Source of the DNA: Candidatus Vogelbacteria bacterium
GTDB taxonomy: Bacteria > Patescibacteriota > Minisyncoccia > Phycocordibacterales > XYD1-FULL-46-19
Length of the DNA: 64,000 nucleotides
NCBI GenBank assembly: GCA_903878275.1
Contig: CAIRHC010000006.1
Location: forward strand, 15,633-79,632
Reading direction: 5' to 3'
Shown here: positions 54,010 to 63,303 of the stretch, in pieces
Layout: every line of letters begins with the position of its first letter
How positions within the stretch are numbered: position 1 is the first letter of the stretch
Notes under the pieces: generated by a model
What the model saw: only the letters and a program-made list of their open reading frames with translations
The model's database searches: none
What the model was told of the DNA's origin: nothing
Translations under genes and position numbers: made by a program

Positions 54010-54951
54010 ATGACTGACAAAGATAAAATTGAAAAATCTGAAATCCTAAGAAAAGCCGGCAGTTTGTCTGTATCTTTGGCTTTGATGCTTATCGCTTTTT
54101 TATTTATTCCCCAAAAAATAAATCCGGAAACCGCCCAGCAAGCTCAAAAACAAGAAGCTCTCATAAAAGATGAATCTTTAAAAAACGCTATTTCTCAAAA
54201 ATTGGATTTAGAAGCTAAAGCTTTTCTGGCTTACGATATCGAAAATAATAAAATCTTGTTTAGCAAAAATGAAAAAATGATTTTACCTTTGGCTTCTTTG
54301 ACAAAAATAATGACTGTTCTTACTGCCAGCGGTTTGGCTTCCGATGAAACAACAATAAATATTGGCGACGCCGACGGAAGATCTACCGGGGTTCTTTCAC
54401 CCAAAGAAAAATGGAGTTTAAAAAATTTAGCTGATTTAACGCTGGTCAGTTCATCAAATTTTGGTGCCCAGTCTATCGCCAGTGCTATCACCGCCATAAC
54501 TGGTACAAATTTTGTCACCCAAATGAATCAAAACGCTCAAGCGATCGGTTTGAATAATATGTCTTTTACCAACGAGACAGGTTTAGACATTAACAATACA
54601 ATCTCCGCCAACAACGGCTCGGCACAAGACGTGGCAAATCTATTTACTTATGTTTTAAAAAACAAACCGGAAATTTTTGATGCGACCACTAAAAAAACTA
54701 TCGCCGAAACCTCTCTCGATAACCGAAATCATATCGCCGTAAACACCAACGAAATCGTCGACAAAATTCCCGGACTTATCGCTTCAAAAACCGGTTTGAC
54801 CGATACCGCTGGTGGCAATCTAGCGATTATTGCTAATCTTGGGTTACGCCGACCAATCGCTTTTGTGGTAATGGGTTCTAGTGAAAAAGGTCGTTTTACA
54901 GACACCCAAAAATTAGTCGAGGCGGTACAAGATTACTTAAATTATAACTAA
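54010..54951 (+). CDS. D-alanyl-D-alanine carboxypeptidase (low-MW PBP, peptidase S11)
   Basis: SxxK (ASLTKIMT), SxN (SSSNFG), KTG (SKTGLTD). N-terminal signal anchor. Confidence 0.75.
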   Translation: MTDKDKIEKSEILRKAGSLSVSLALMLIAFLFIPQKINPETAQQAQKQEALIKDESLKNAISQKLDLEAKAFLAYDIENNKILFSKNEKMILPLASLTKIMTVLTASGLASDETTINIGDADGRSTGVLSPKEKWSLKNLADLTLVSSSNFGAQSIASAITAITGTNFVTQMNQNAQAIGLNNMSFTNETGLDINNTISANNGSAQDVANLFTYVLKNKPEIFDATTKKTIAETSLDNRNHIAVNTNEIVDKIPGLIASKTGLTDTAGGNLAIIANLGLRRPIAFVVMGSSEKGRFTDTQKLVEAVQDYLNYN

Positions 54952-54953
54952 TT

Positions 54954-56006
54954 ATGCTTTATCTAAATATTTTTAAAGTTTTTGCTCCGAGCGCCGTTGC
55001 CTTTTTTGTTGGGATAATTATTACGCCATTTTTAACTGATTATCTTTATCGGCATAAATTATGGAAAAAGAAGGCTGGTAAGATTGCACCAGACGGCAGT
55101 GCCACACCAATTTTTGATCAACTCCACAAAGAAAAAGAGGTTGGCACGCCACGAATGGGCGGGATTATCATCTGGGCAAGTGTGCTGGTAACTACTATTT
55201 TGTTTTGGCTTTTATCTTTTGCACCGGGCTTTTCGGATAAACTAAATTTCTTAAGTCGTAATCAAACTTGGTTGCCACTTTTCACTTTAATCGCTGGATC
55301 ACTCGTCGGCTTAATCGATGATATTATGCAAGTCTCCGCTACTGGCGATTCACGCAAAGCTGGTCTGCCTTTTTACAAAAGATTAATTATCGTTATTTTA
55401 ATTGGCGCGATTGGCGCCTATTGGTTTTATTTTAAACTCGGAATGACGGCGATTGCGATTCCGTTTGTCGGTCAACTAGAAATCGGCTGGCTAATTATGC
55501 CATTATTTATTTTTGTAATGGTCGCACTTTTTTCCAGTGGTGTCATCGACGGTCTGGACGGTCTCGCTGGCGGGGTAATGGCAATTATTTTTTCAGCTTA
55601 TACGGGCATCGCTTTTTTCCAAAATCAAATTGACCTCGCCGCTTTTTGTGCAGTAATTACCGGTGGCACACTGGCATTTCTCTGGTTTAATATTCCACCG
55701 GCCCGATTTTATATGTCCGAAACTGGTATTTTAGGTTTAACCACAGTTTTGACGGTCATTGCTTTTTTGACCAACTCCGTTTTGATTTTACCAATTATCG
55801 CTCTGCCACTTGTCGCCACCGTAATTTCCGTTGTCTTACAATTAGCCTCCAAAAAACTTCGCAACGGCAAGAAAATTTTTCTCGTTGCGCCACTGCATCA
55901 TCATTTTGAAGCTATCGGCTGGCCTGCATCAAAAGTCGTAATGCGTTACTGGGTAATCGGAATTATTTTTGCCATTATTGGAATGATTTTAACTTTGATT
56001 AAATAA
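54954..56006 (+). CDS. mraY: phospho-N-acetylmuramoyl-pentapeptide transferase MraY
   Basis: Polytopic. DDIMQV, GLDGLAGG, PLHHHFE are MraY motifs. Confidence 0.9.
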   Translation: MLYLNIFKVFAPSAVAFFVGIIITPFLTDYLYRHKLWKKKAGKIAPDGSATPIFDQLHKEKEVGTPRMGGIIIWASVLVTTILFWLLSFAPGFSDKLNFLSRNQTWLPLFTLIAGSLVGLIDDIMQVSATGDSRKAGLPFYKRLIIVILIGAIGAYWFYFKLGMTAIAIPFVGQLEIGWLIMPLFIFVMVALFSSGVIDGLDGLAGGVMAIIFSAYTGIAFFQNQIDLAAFCAVITGGTLAFLWFNIPPARFYMSETGILGLTTVLTVIAFLTNSVLILPIIALPLVATVISVVLQLASKKLRNGKKIFLVAPLHHHFEAIGWPASKVVMRYWVIGIIFAIIGMILTLIK

Positions 56007-56023
56007 TTTTGTTTTATTAAAAA

Positions 56024-57127
56024 ATGATCAAACAAAAAAAAGCGGATCGAATATTATTAGGCATCGTTTTTATTTTAATTACGGTTGGCTTTTTTATTTT
56101 TGCTTCAGCCTCTCTCGGAGAAGTCGGTCGCGACGGCAACAATTTCAACACTCTCGTATTCAAACAATTAGCCATCTTACTTGTCGGCATAGTTTTAATG
56201 TCGGTCACCTCTAAATTTCCTTACAAAGATTGGCGACCTTACGCGATTGCTTTATTTGGAACCAGCCTCTTACTGACAGCTCTAGTCTTTGTCCCTAAAA
56301 TTGGCTTCTCGGCTGGCGGAGCAAAAAGATGGCTAAATCTTGGTTTTACCACTTTTCAACCGTCAGAATTTTTAAAACTTGGTATGGTTATTTATTTGGC
56401 GGCTTGGGCGACCGCTCAAAAAGATAAGCTCAAAGATTGGCGACACGGACTATTGCCATTCTTAGGATTTTTAGGCATCGCTTCAGTCTTACTATTTAAA
56501 CAACCAGATATGGGCACTTTGATGGTAATTTGTTCTTCTAGTTTAGCGGTTTTTATTTTAGCTGGCGGACCGTGGAAACATTTGATTTTAATTGGTTTGC
56601 TCGGTATTTTGGCTCTCGGCGTTGTCACTTATGTCAGACCTTACGCCCGCGACCGCATTACGACCTTTCTAAACCCCCAGCAAGACTTAAAAGGTAAGGG
56701 TTGGCAAATAAATCAATCACTGATCGCCATTGGCGCCGGAGGAGTTGTCGGACGGGGTTTTGGTCAAAGTATGCAAAAATTTACCTTTCTACCAGAACCG
56801 ATCGGTGACTCGATTTTTGCCATCGCCTCCGAAGAATTTGGCTTTGCCGGCTCAATTACCATACTTTTGTTGTTCCTAATTTTTGCTCTTTGGGGTTTAA
56901 AGGTAATGACCCAAGTTGCTGATCCTTTTGGGCGCACACTCGGAGCCAGCTTGATTATAATGATTACGGCTCAAGCTTTTATTAATATTGGGGCAATGCT
57001 CGGGGTCATTCCGCTGACCGGCGTACCGCTGGTCTTTATCAGCCACGGCGGAACAGCGATGCTCTTTGCTTTAATCGAAGTCGGTATTATACTTAACATA
57101 TCACGATTTAAGACCGAAAGGGCTTAA
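56024..57127 (+). CDS. ftsW: SEDS-family peptidoglycan polymerase FtsW/RodA
   Basis: 10-TM SEDS topology; ...FQPSEFLK... and PLTGVPLVFISHGGTAM are conserved motifs. Confidence 0.85.
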   Translation: MIKQKKADRILLGIVFILITVGFFIFASASLGEVGRDGNNFNTLVFKQLAILLVGIVLMSVTSKFPYKDWRPYAIALFGTSLLLTALVFVPKIGFSAGGAKRWLNLGFTTFQPSEFLKLGMVIYLAAWATAQKDKLKDWRHGLLPFLGFLGIASVLLFKQPDMGTLMVICSSSLAVFILAGGPWKHLILIGLLGILALGVVTYVRPYARDRITTFLNPQQDLKGKGWQINQSLIAIGAGGVVGRGFGQSMQKFTFLPEPIGDSIFAIASEEFGFAGSITILLLFLIFALWGLKVMTQVADPFGRTLGASLIIMITAQAFINIGAMLGVIPLTGVPLVFISHGGTAMLFALIEVGIILNISRFKTERA

Positions 57128-57166
57128 ATTAAGTTTTGTGTATTTAATTAAACTTACTAAACTATT

Positions 57167-58294
57167 ATGAAAATACTATTTACAGGTGGGGGAACGGGCG
57201 GTCATTTTTATCCGATTATTGCCGTTGCCCAAGAAATACGAAAATTAGCCATCGAAGAAAAAATAATCGAACCGAAACTCTTTTTTATGTCCGACAATGA
57301 ATACAACAAACAAGCCCTAATTGACAACGAAATAACTTTTGTAAAAGTAAATGCCGGAAAAGTCAGACGTTATTTTTCTATCAAAAATTTTTCTGACACT
57401 TTTAAAACAGCGAGTGGTTTAATCCAGGCTTTGTGGAAAATGTACTCAATCTATCCCGATGTCGTTTTTGGTAAAGGCGGTTTTGCTAGTGTGCCAGCTC
57501 TTTTTGCCGCGCGTATTTTACGCATTCCGGTCGTTATTCACGAATCTGATTCTTTGCCCGGACGAGCCAATTTGTGGGCAGGAAAATTTGCTCAAAAAAT
57601 TGCTCTTTCTTATCCAGAAGCCGCCAAATATTTTCCCCAAGAAAAAGTGGCAGTCACCGGCAATCCAATCCGCCGTCAAATCCTAACTCCCGCCAAATCC
57701 GGGGCTTTTGAATTTTTAAATTTCGACAAAGACGTTCCTGTCATTTTTATTGTCGGTGGTTCGCTCGGTTCCGAAAAAATTAATAATATTATTTTGGATG
57801 TTTTACCTATCCTCGTAAAAAAATATCAAATAATTCATCAGGTGGGGAAAAATAATTATGAAGAAGCCAAAAAGCGTTCAGAATATCTTCTTAAAGACGA
57901 ATCACTAGCCAGTAGGTACAAACTTTACGCTTACCTAAACGACGTTGCGATTCAGATGAGTGCCGGAGCTGCCAGCTTAATTATTTCTCGCGCTGGCTCG
58001 ACCATTTTTGAAATTGCCAATTGGGGCATACCATCGATAATTATTCCCATTCCCGAAGAAATTAGTCACGACCAAAGAAACAACGCTTTTACTTATGCTC
58101 GTTCCGGCGCTTGCGAAGTCATTGAGGAAGCCAACTTAGCCCCGTCTATTTTATTAGCCGAAATCGACAACCTGCTTGATGATAAAGAAAAATTAGAGCA
58201 AATGAAAATTAAGAGTCGAGAATTTTCTCGCCCCGATGCTGCCAACGTCATCGCTGAAGCTTTAATAAAAATTAGTCTTCAACATGAAGTCTAA
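57167..58294 (+). CDS. murG: lipid II synthase MurG
   Basis: MKILFTGGGTGGHFYPIIAV N-terminal G-loop; C-terminal GT-B motifs. Confidence 0.9.
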   Translation: MKILFTGGGTGGHFYPIIAVAQEIRKLAIEEKIIEPKLFFMSDNEYNKQALIDNEITFVKVNAGKVRRYFSIKNFSDTFKTASGLIQALWKMYSIYPDVVFGKGGFASVPALFAARILRIPVVIHESDSLPGRANLWAGKFAQKIALSYPEAAKYFPQEKVAVTGNPIRRQILTPAKSGAFEFLNFDKDVPVIFIVGGSLGSEKINNIILDVLPILVKKYQIIHQVGKNNYEEAKKRSEYLLKDESLASRYKLYAYLNDVAIQMSAGAASLIISRAGSTIFEIANWGIPSIIIPIPEEISHDQRNNAFTYARSGACEVIEEANLAPSILLAEIDNLLDDKEKLEQMKIKSREFSRPDAANVIAEALIKISLQHEV

Positions 58295-59642
58295 TCCTGA
58301 TCAAAAAATCATTACCCGGATTGCCCCCAGTCCAACCGGTCTGATGCATATCGGCACGGCGCGCACCGCTTTGTTTAATTATCTTTTTACCAGACAAAAT
58401 GGCGGTAAAATTATTTTACGTGTCGAAGACACCGACAAAGAACGCTCAACACCAGAATACGAAAAAAACATTATCGATGGTTTAGAGTGGCTCGGTCTCG
58501 ACTATGATGAATTTTTCAGACAATCCGAACGAACTGATCTTTATAAAAAATATCTCAAAGAATTAGTTGCGGGTGGTTTTGCCTACGTTTCCAAAGAAGA
58601 AATAAAAAAAGAGGGCGAACGACCAGAAGTCATCCGCTTTAAAAATCCCAACAAAAAAGTAACTTTTCAAGATTTGATTCACGGTGAAATTACAATGGAC
58701 ACTACCGATCTTGGCGACTTTGTTATTGCCAAAGATTTAGACACGCCGATTTTCCATTTAGCCAATGTTGTCGATGACAAAGAAATGGGGGTTACTCACA
58801 TTATTCGGGGCGACGATCACACATCAAATACCCCACGACAGATCTTAATACTGGAAGCGATCGGTGGATCTATTCCGGTCTATGCTCATATTCCTTTGAT
58901 TCTGTCCCCAGACAAAGCCAAATTATCCAAGAGACACGGAGCTTGGCCAGTCACCGAATACCGAGACCAAGGCTATCTAAAAGAGGCAACTATAAACTTC
59001 ATCGCTTTGCTCGGCTGGTCACCACAGACCACTACGACAGACGGAAAAGAGGGGACAAACGAAGAAATTTTTTCAATCGAAGAATTATTGAAAAGGTTTG
59101 AATTGACAAAAGTACAAAAGAAAGGCGCAGTTTTTAACGTCGAAAAATTAAATTGGATTAATAAAGAATACATTAAAAAACTATCACCGGAAATATTAGA
59201 CCAAGAATTTTCTAAACATACTGCTCCGCACATAAAAAGCTTGTCCGGTTTTAAAACGGAAATTTTAGAAAAACTCAAACCAATTTTAATTGAAAGAATT
59301 CAAACTTTTGGTCAGCTACACGAAATTTTAGAAAATGGCGAATACGACTATTTTTTTCAAACACCAGAAGTAAGTTCCGAACTTTTAAAAACTCCCGAGC
59401 ACCTAGAAAAAGTAATTGACCTACTCGAGACTCTAACCGAAGATAATTTTACGGTCGAAAAAATAAAAGAAACTATCTGGGATTTTGCGACCGAAAATGG
59501 GAGAGGAAAAGTACTCTGGCCAATGAGGGTCGCCTTGACCGGTCAAGAAAAATCACCAGATCCTTTTACAGTAGCTTCAATTCTAGGCAAGCAAGAAACT
59601 CTTCTCCGTTTAAATAATGCCAAAAAAAATAACCCCAGTTAA
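58284..59642 (+). CDS. gltX: glutamyl-tRNA synthetase
   Basis: ITRIAPSPTGLMHIGTARTALFNY (HIGH), KLSKRHG (KMSKS). Confidence 0.9.
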   Translation: MKSNPDQKIITRIAPSPTGLMHIGTARTALFNYLFTRQNGGKIILRVEDTDKERSTPEYEKNIIDGLEWLGLDYDEFFRQSERTDLYKKYLKELVAGGFAYVSKEEIKKEGERPEVIRFKNPNKKVTFQDLIHGEITMDTTDLGDFVIAKDLDTPIFHLANVVDDKEMGVTHIIRGDDHTSNTPRQILILEAIGGSIPVYAHIPLILSPDKAKLSKRHGAWPVTEYRDQGYLKEATINFIALLGWSPQTTTTDGKEGTNEEIFSIEELLKRFELTKVQKKGAVFNVEKLNWINKEYIKKLSPEILDQEFSKHTAPHIKSLSGFKTEILEKLKPILIERIQTFGQLHEILENGEYDYFFQTPEVSSELLKTPEHLEKVIDLLETLTEDNFTVEKIKETIWDFATENGRGKVLWPMRVALTGQEKSPDPFTVASILGKQETLLRLNNAKKNNPS

Positions 59643-60933
59643 CAATCAAAAGATTTTTTTGATAGGACTTTTAGTTGTCTTTTTGTTTTTTGTTTTTTCT
59701 TCTTATCATCAAGTACATGGAGCTACTGCCGACGAACTCCGAGCTAAAATTGCTCAACAAAACGAGGACTTAAAAAAACTCGACGAGCAAATTGCTAAAT
59801 ACCAAACAGCTTTAGCTAGCACAAAAAATCAATCGGCTTCTTTAAAAGGAGAAATTGCTAAAATTGATGCTACGAGGCAAAAGCTAAAAATAGAAATTGA
59901 AGCGACGATGAAGAAACTTTCTATTGCTTCTTTGACCATAAACAAACTCGGTCTCGGCATAAAAAGCAAAGAAGAAAATATTCAATCAGATCGAGATATG
60001 ATTGCTGAAACCTTGCGACAATTAAACAAGCAAGAAAGAGCTGGTTTGACCGAGATTATTTTAGGTTCCAACCAACTAACAGATTTCCTAGATTCTGCCG
60101 GCAGGTACATTAGTTTGAGCGGAAAAATTGACGAAAAAATTTCCGACCTAGTTGATAATAAAAAAAAATTAGAAGGGGAGAAAGCCCAGACCGAGGAACA
60201 GAAAAAACTCTTGAGTGGTTTTCAAGAAAAATTAGCTGACCAGAAAAAAGTAGCTGATTCGGTCCGCGTGGAAAAAGATACCCTTTTGGCTGAAACAAAA
60301 AGCAAGGAATCAAACTACCAAAAATTACTTCTTGAACAAAAAGAAAAAAAGAAACAAGTTGAAAACGAGATCAATAAAGCCGAAGCGGCACTCAAAATAG
60401 TTCTTGACCCAAGCCTCTTACCAAAAGCCGGTGATTCGGTTTTGAGTTGGCCATTGAATAAGATAATTATTACTCAATATTTTGGCAACACCGATTTTGC
60501 CACCAAAAATCCTGGCATTTATAACGGCAACGGTCATCCCGGTGTCGACTTTGGCACCCCGACCGGCAGTATCGTTAAATCAGCCGCCAACGGAAAAATT
60601 CTAGGAATAGGGAATACCGACGAGACCTGTAAGGGCGCCTCTTACGGCAAATGGGTTTTGGTCCAACACGACAATGGCCTAACCACTCTTTATGCCCACT
60701 TATCACTTATCAAAGTCTCCGAGGGTCAGGCCGTCTCCGACGGAGACACCATTGCTTACTCCGGCAACACTGGCTACTCGACCGGTCCGCACTTGCATTT
60801 TACCGTTTACGCCAGCCAAGGTGTCAAAGTCGGTTCGCTTAAAAGCCAGGTCGCTGGTTGTGGTACTTATCGGCTACCAATCGCTTCACATAATAGCTAC
60901 ATAAATCCACTGACTTATTTACCCACACCTTAG
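59617..60933 (+). CDS. M23 peptidase with N-terminal coiled-coil (EnvC-like murein hydrolase activator)
   Basis: Signal anchor, long coiled coil, HPGVDFG and GNTGYSTGPHLHFTVY M23 motifs. Confidence 0.8.
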   Translation: MPKKITPVNNQKIFLIGLLVVFLFFVFSSYHQVHGATADELRAKIAQQNEDLKKLDEQIAKYQTALASTKNQSASLKGEIAKIDATRQKLKIEIEATMKKLSIASLTINKLGLGIKSKEENIQSDRDMIAETLRQLNKQERAGLTEIILGSNQLTDFLDSAGRYISLSGKIDEKISDLVDNKKKLEGEKAQTEEQKKLLSGFQEKLADQKKVADSVRVEKDTLLAETKSKESNYQKLLLEQKEKKKQVENEINKAEAALKIVLDPSLLPKAGDSVLSWPLNKIIITQYFGNTDFATKNPGIYNGNGHPGVDFGTPTGSIVKSAANGKILGIGNTDETCKGASYGKWVLVQHDNGLTTLYAHLSLIKVSEGQAVSDGDTIAYSGNTGYSTGPHLHFTVYASQGVKVGSLKSQVAGCGTYRLPIASHNSYINPLTYLPTP

Positions 60934-60966
60934 TTTGCGCTATAATTAAATTAGCTTTAAGTTTCT

Positions 60967-61251
60967 ATGTTAAAAAATAACAAACAATCAGGGTTAGCAA
61001 AATTAATTCTCTTGATTATTGTTGCCGTTTTGATTTTAAGCTATCTTGGTATCAATATTCAAAAAATCGCCGAATCAGACACTGGTAAATCCAACTTTGC
61101 CTATTTAGGCCGGTTTCTGGGGCAATTTTGGGGCTATCTGACCTCTACATATCAAAGCACCGTAGGTCCTTTTGTCCTCAATTTTTGGAACGATGTTATC
61201 ATAAATAAGTTCTGGAGCAGTATCTCTGGACTAACCGGAAAGTTCTTTTAG
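60967..61251 (+). CDS. small membrane protein
   Basis: 94 aa with one or two TM helices. Confidence 0.4.
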   Translation: MLKNNKQSGLAKLILLIIVAVLILSYLGINIQKIAESDTGKSNFAYLGRFLGQFWGYLTSTYQSTVGPFVLNFWNDVIINKFWSSISGLTGKFF

Positions 61252-61269
61252 GATAATTTGGTACCCTCA

Positions 61270-61341
61270 AAAAAGCCTTATTTTACGTAAAATGCCTTTT
61301 TCAGCCTTTTGGCTAAAATACGTTGTAAAATAAGGCTTTTT
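61270..61341. repeat. 17-bp perfect inverted repeat (AAAAAGCCTTATTTTAC ... GTAAAATAAGGCTTTTT) with 38-nt spacer
   Basis: Read directly from the sequence; AT-rich, unlike the GC-rich terminators elsewhere. Confidence 0.6.
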
Positions 61342-61676
61342 TTGACGGTAGAGGAGTAAAAATAGCCTAAAAATGATTGACTTTTGACCCCAACTATGAT
61401 AGTCTTAGGACATATCCTATAGTAGTTATTTAGATTAAAGTTGAAAGATAGGATAGTCGATATTAAAAACTAAATAGTAATTAAACAGGCTACGTATTGC
61501 AGTGTTTATTGTAATAGGTAGTTTTTAATTGGCTTATTTTACAAAACCTACAAATCGGTCTAGCAAGCCTAATAGTAACAGCGAGCGGAGCAACAAGTGG
61601 TCCATCAATCGATTATAGTTTACCATTTCGTCAATTAGACAGTGCAACCGAAGAAGTCGTCAAAATTAGCTATAGC

Positions 61677-62036
61677 GTGGAAAAACCAAAAAATCCCGCT
61701 AGCGCCAAGATCTACGACCAAATCATCGACACTAGCAAAAAATATGGTATCTATGCTGATACCGCCCTAAAGATTGCAAAGTGTGAAAGTGGTTTCAATC
61801 AATTTGATGAAAATGGAGAAATAGTCCGAGGGATCGTTAATTCTAAAGATGTCGGGGTTTTCCAAATCAACGAAGGTTATCACTTAAATCAAAGCCAAGC
61901 GCTTGATATGGATATTCACACCACCAAAGGCAATATTGAATATGCCCTTTGGTTGATGAAAAAAGAAGGCATCAAACATTGGAATTGGAGTAAACCTTGT
62001 TGGGGCAATGAAGAAAATTTCGTCGCTCAAAAATAA
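61677..62036 (+). CDS. lysozyme-like / lytic transglycosylase (SLT) domain protein
   Basis: AKCESGFNQ...DVGVFQINEGYH resembles the SLT catalytic E-S ... GLMQI motif. GTG start; the upstream in-frame region (61515-61676) encodes a TM-like segment without a canonical start codon. Confidence 0.55.
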   Translation: MEKPKNPASAKIYDQIIDTSKKYGIYADTALKIAKCESGFNQFDENGEIVRGIVNSKDVGVFQINEGYHLNQSQALDMDIHTTKGNIEYALWLMKKEGIKHWNWSKPCWGNEENFVAQK

Positions 62037-62052
62037 ATATAAAATTAAAAAG

Positions 62053-62077
62053 ACTGCCTTACACCGGCAGTTTTTTT
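62053..62077 (+). terminator. intrinsic terminator
   Basis: ACTGCC-ttacacc-GGCAGT followed by TTTTTTT. Confidence 0.65.
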
Positions 62078-62205
62078 AATTGAATTAATTTGATCAGACC
62101 CCTACTCTTATTTTTAAAAAATTTCAAAAAATAATCGGCTCAATTTAGTTTTTGAGTGGTACGTTAGTATTACTTAAATTTAACCTGAAGCCATTTTGGA
62201 GGTTT

Positions 62206-62256
62206 ACCCTGTTAAATAAATTTGTAAACAAATTTAGCTTTGCTATTTAACAGGGT
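62206..62256. repeat. nested perfect hairpin (13-bp outer stem ACCCTGTTAAATA/TATTTAACAGGGT enclosing AAATTTGT-AAA-CAAATTT)
   Basis: Read directly from the sequence. Confidence 0.6.
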
Positions 62257-62768
62257 CAAAATTTTGCCAAATTTACGGATTTTAGCCAAATCAACAAAAT
62301 CGCTATTTTTGAGTTTTTTAATAAAAAGGGAACTAGGGATTTAATAATTTTTGGTAAAATTTTTTCAGAAAAATAGTAACATAAGTTAAGAGAGGATTTA
62401 AAATGAAAAAAATATTTTTAAAATTTACATCAAGAGAGGAGAGCGGGGCTATATCGCAAGCACCCTTGTCCGACATTTTTTAAATGATTGCAAAAAGTTC
62501 GATTTTGCAACATTAGCCCTACGGGCTATGTCGCAAAATCTATGTTGTGCGACATACTGTAAGTTATCCACAAGCCCTCCCCTCAAGCAATTCACCCAGC
62601 GAGCTTTGACAGTCTCATTAATTTATTTTTAAAAAAATTCTCCTAAAAAATCCGCGGGCTTCTCTTTTAATTATCCGGATTTTTTTGGAGAAAAAATTGT
62701 TCATTCATTTTTAACAGATCAAAAATAAGCCCCCTACCCCCTCTTCAGCTATCCACAGTTTTGGTTGG

Positions 62769-62796
62769 TTGACAAAATTTTCTAAAGTTGTATGAT
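62769..62796 (+). promoter_or_regulatory. sigma70 promoter (TTGACA-16nt-TATGAT)
   Basis: TTGACA 62769-62774, TATGAT 62791-62796, upstream of the microprotein cassette. Confidence 0.5.
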
Positions 62797-62810
62797 TATT
62801 TTTGGACATA

Positions 62811-62830
62811 GACAGTCAGTGTAGACTGTC
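62811..62830 (+). promoter_or_regulatory. perfect palindrome GACAGTC-agtgta-GACTGTC between -10 and SD (candidate operator)
   Basis: 7-bp inverted repeat with 6-nt spacer, positioned at +8 to +27 of the predicted transcript. Confidence 0.4.
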
Positions 62831-62865
62831 AGCACATCCAAAGTCAAAAAACGGAGGAATAAAAA

Positions 62866-63039
62866 ATGTGTGAATATGCTTGCCCAGTAAAAAAAGAAGT
62901 CTGTCAAAACTGCCCCGAACACGGGAAGTCCCCACGGTCACGAGGACGAACCACGGAAAAAGGACGCTCCATACAAGAAGCAGACAACCTCCTCTTATAC
63001 AGACAAAAGCAAGCACTGCTCACAACACAAAGAGTCTAG
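62866..63039 (+). CDS. Cys-rich microprotein A (57 aa, C-x3-C-x6-C-x2-C)
   Basis: Unlisted ORF MCEYACPVKKEVCQNCPEHGKSPRSRGRTTEKGRSIQEADNLLLYRQKQALLTTQRV with a GGAGG SD 9 nt upstream. Confidence 0.4.
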   Translation: MCEYACPVKKEVCQNCPEHGKSPRSRGRTTEKGRSIQEADNLLLYRQKQALLTTQRV

Positions 63040-63077
63040 TTTTCCATCTAACCCTAACAAAAAGGAGAAAAAGAAAG

Positions 63078-63197
63078 ATGGGTTGTAGTTTAGGTTGTGA
63101 TGTCCCCGCGAGCGTCTGTGACAATTGCGAGGAAAAACTTTGGCGGAGAATAAACCGTATCGATGAGAAGGAGGTTGAAAAAACTTCCGACCAATGA
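63078..63197 (+). CDS. Cys-rich microprotein B (39 aa, paralog of A, same C-x3-C-x6-C-x2-C spacing)
   Basis: MGCSLGCDVPASVCDNCEEKLWRRINRIDEKEVEKTSDQ with an AGGAGA SD about 10 nt upstream. The listed 105-aa ORF 62880-63197 is a TTG-initiated read-through of this frame. Confidence 0.4.
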   Translation: MGCSLGCDVPASVCDNCEEKLWRRINRIDEKEVEKTSDQ

Positions 63198-63220
63198 TCG
63201 GTTTAAATTTGCCGACAAAA

Positions 63221-63259
63221 ACCGGTGGACACTTGCAAGTGACCACCGGTAATTTTTTT
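63221..63259. terminator. bidirectional intrinsic terminator (30-nt near-perfect palindrome ACCGGTGG..CCACCGGT flanked by A-run and T-run)
   Basis: Read directly; followed by a second 11-bp hairpin at 63262-63294. Confidence 0.7.
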
Positions 63260-63303
63260 ACCTACCTAAGTATGCGGTCGCACACTTAGGTAGGTCACAT
63301 CAG

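Noticed and set aside
62880-63197. 105-aa ORF starting at TTG.
   Set aside because: Its N-terminal two-thirds is Arg/Lys/Thr low-complexity read in another frame of microprotein A. The in-frame ATG 63078 with its own SD gives the paralogous microprotein B.
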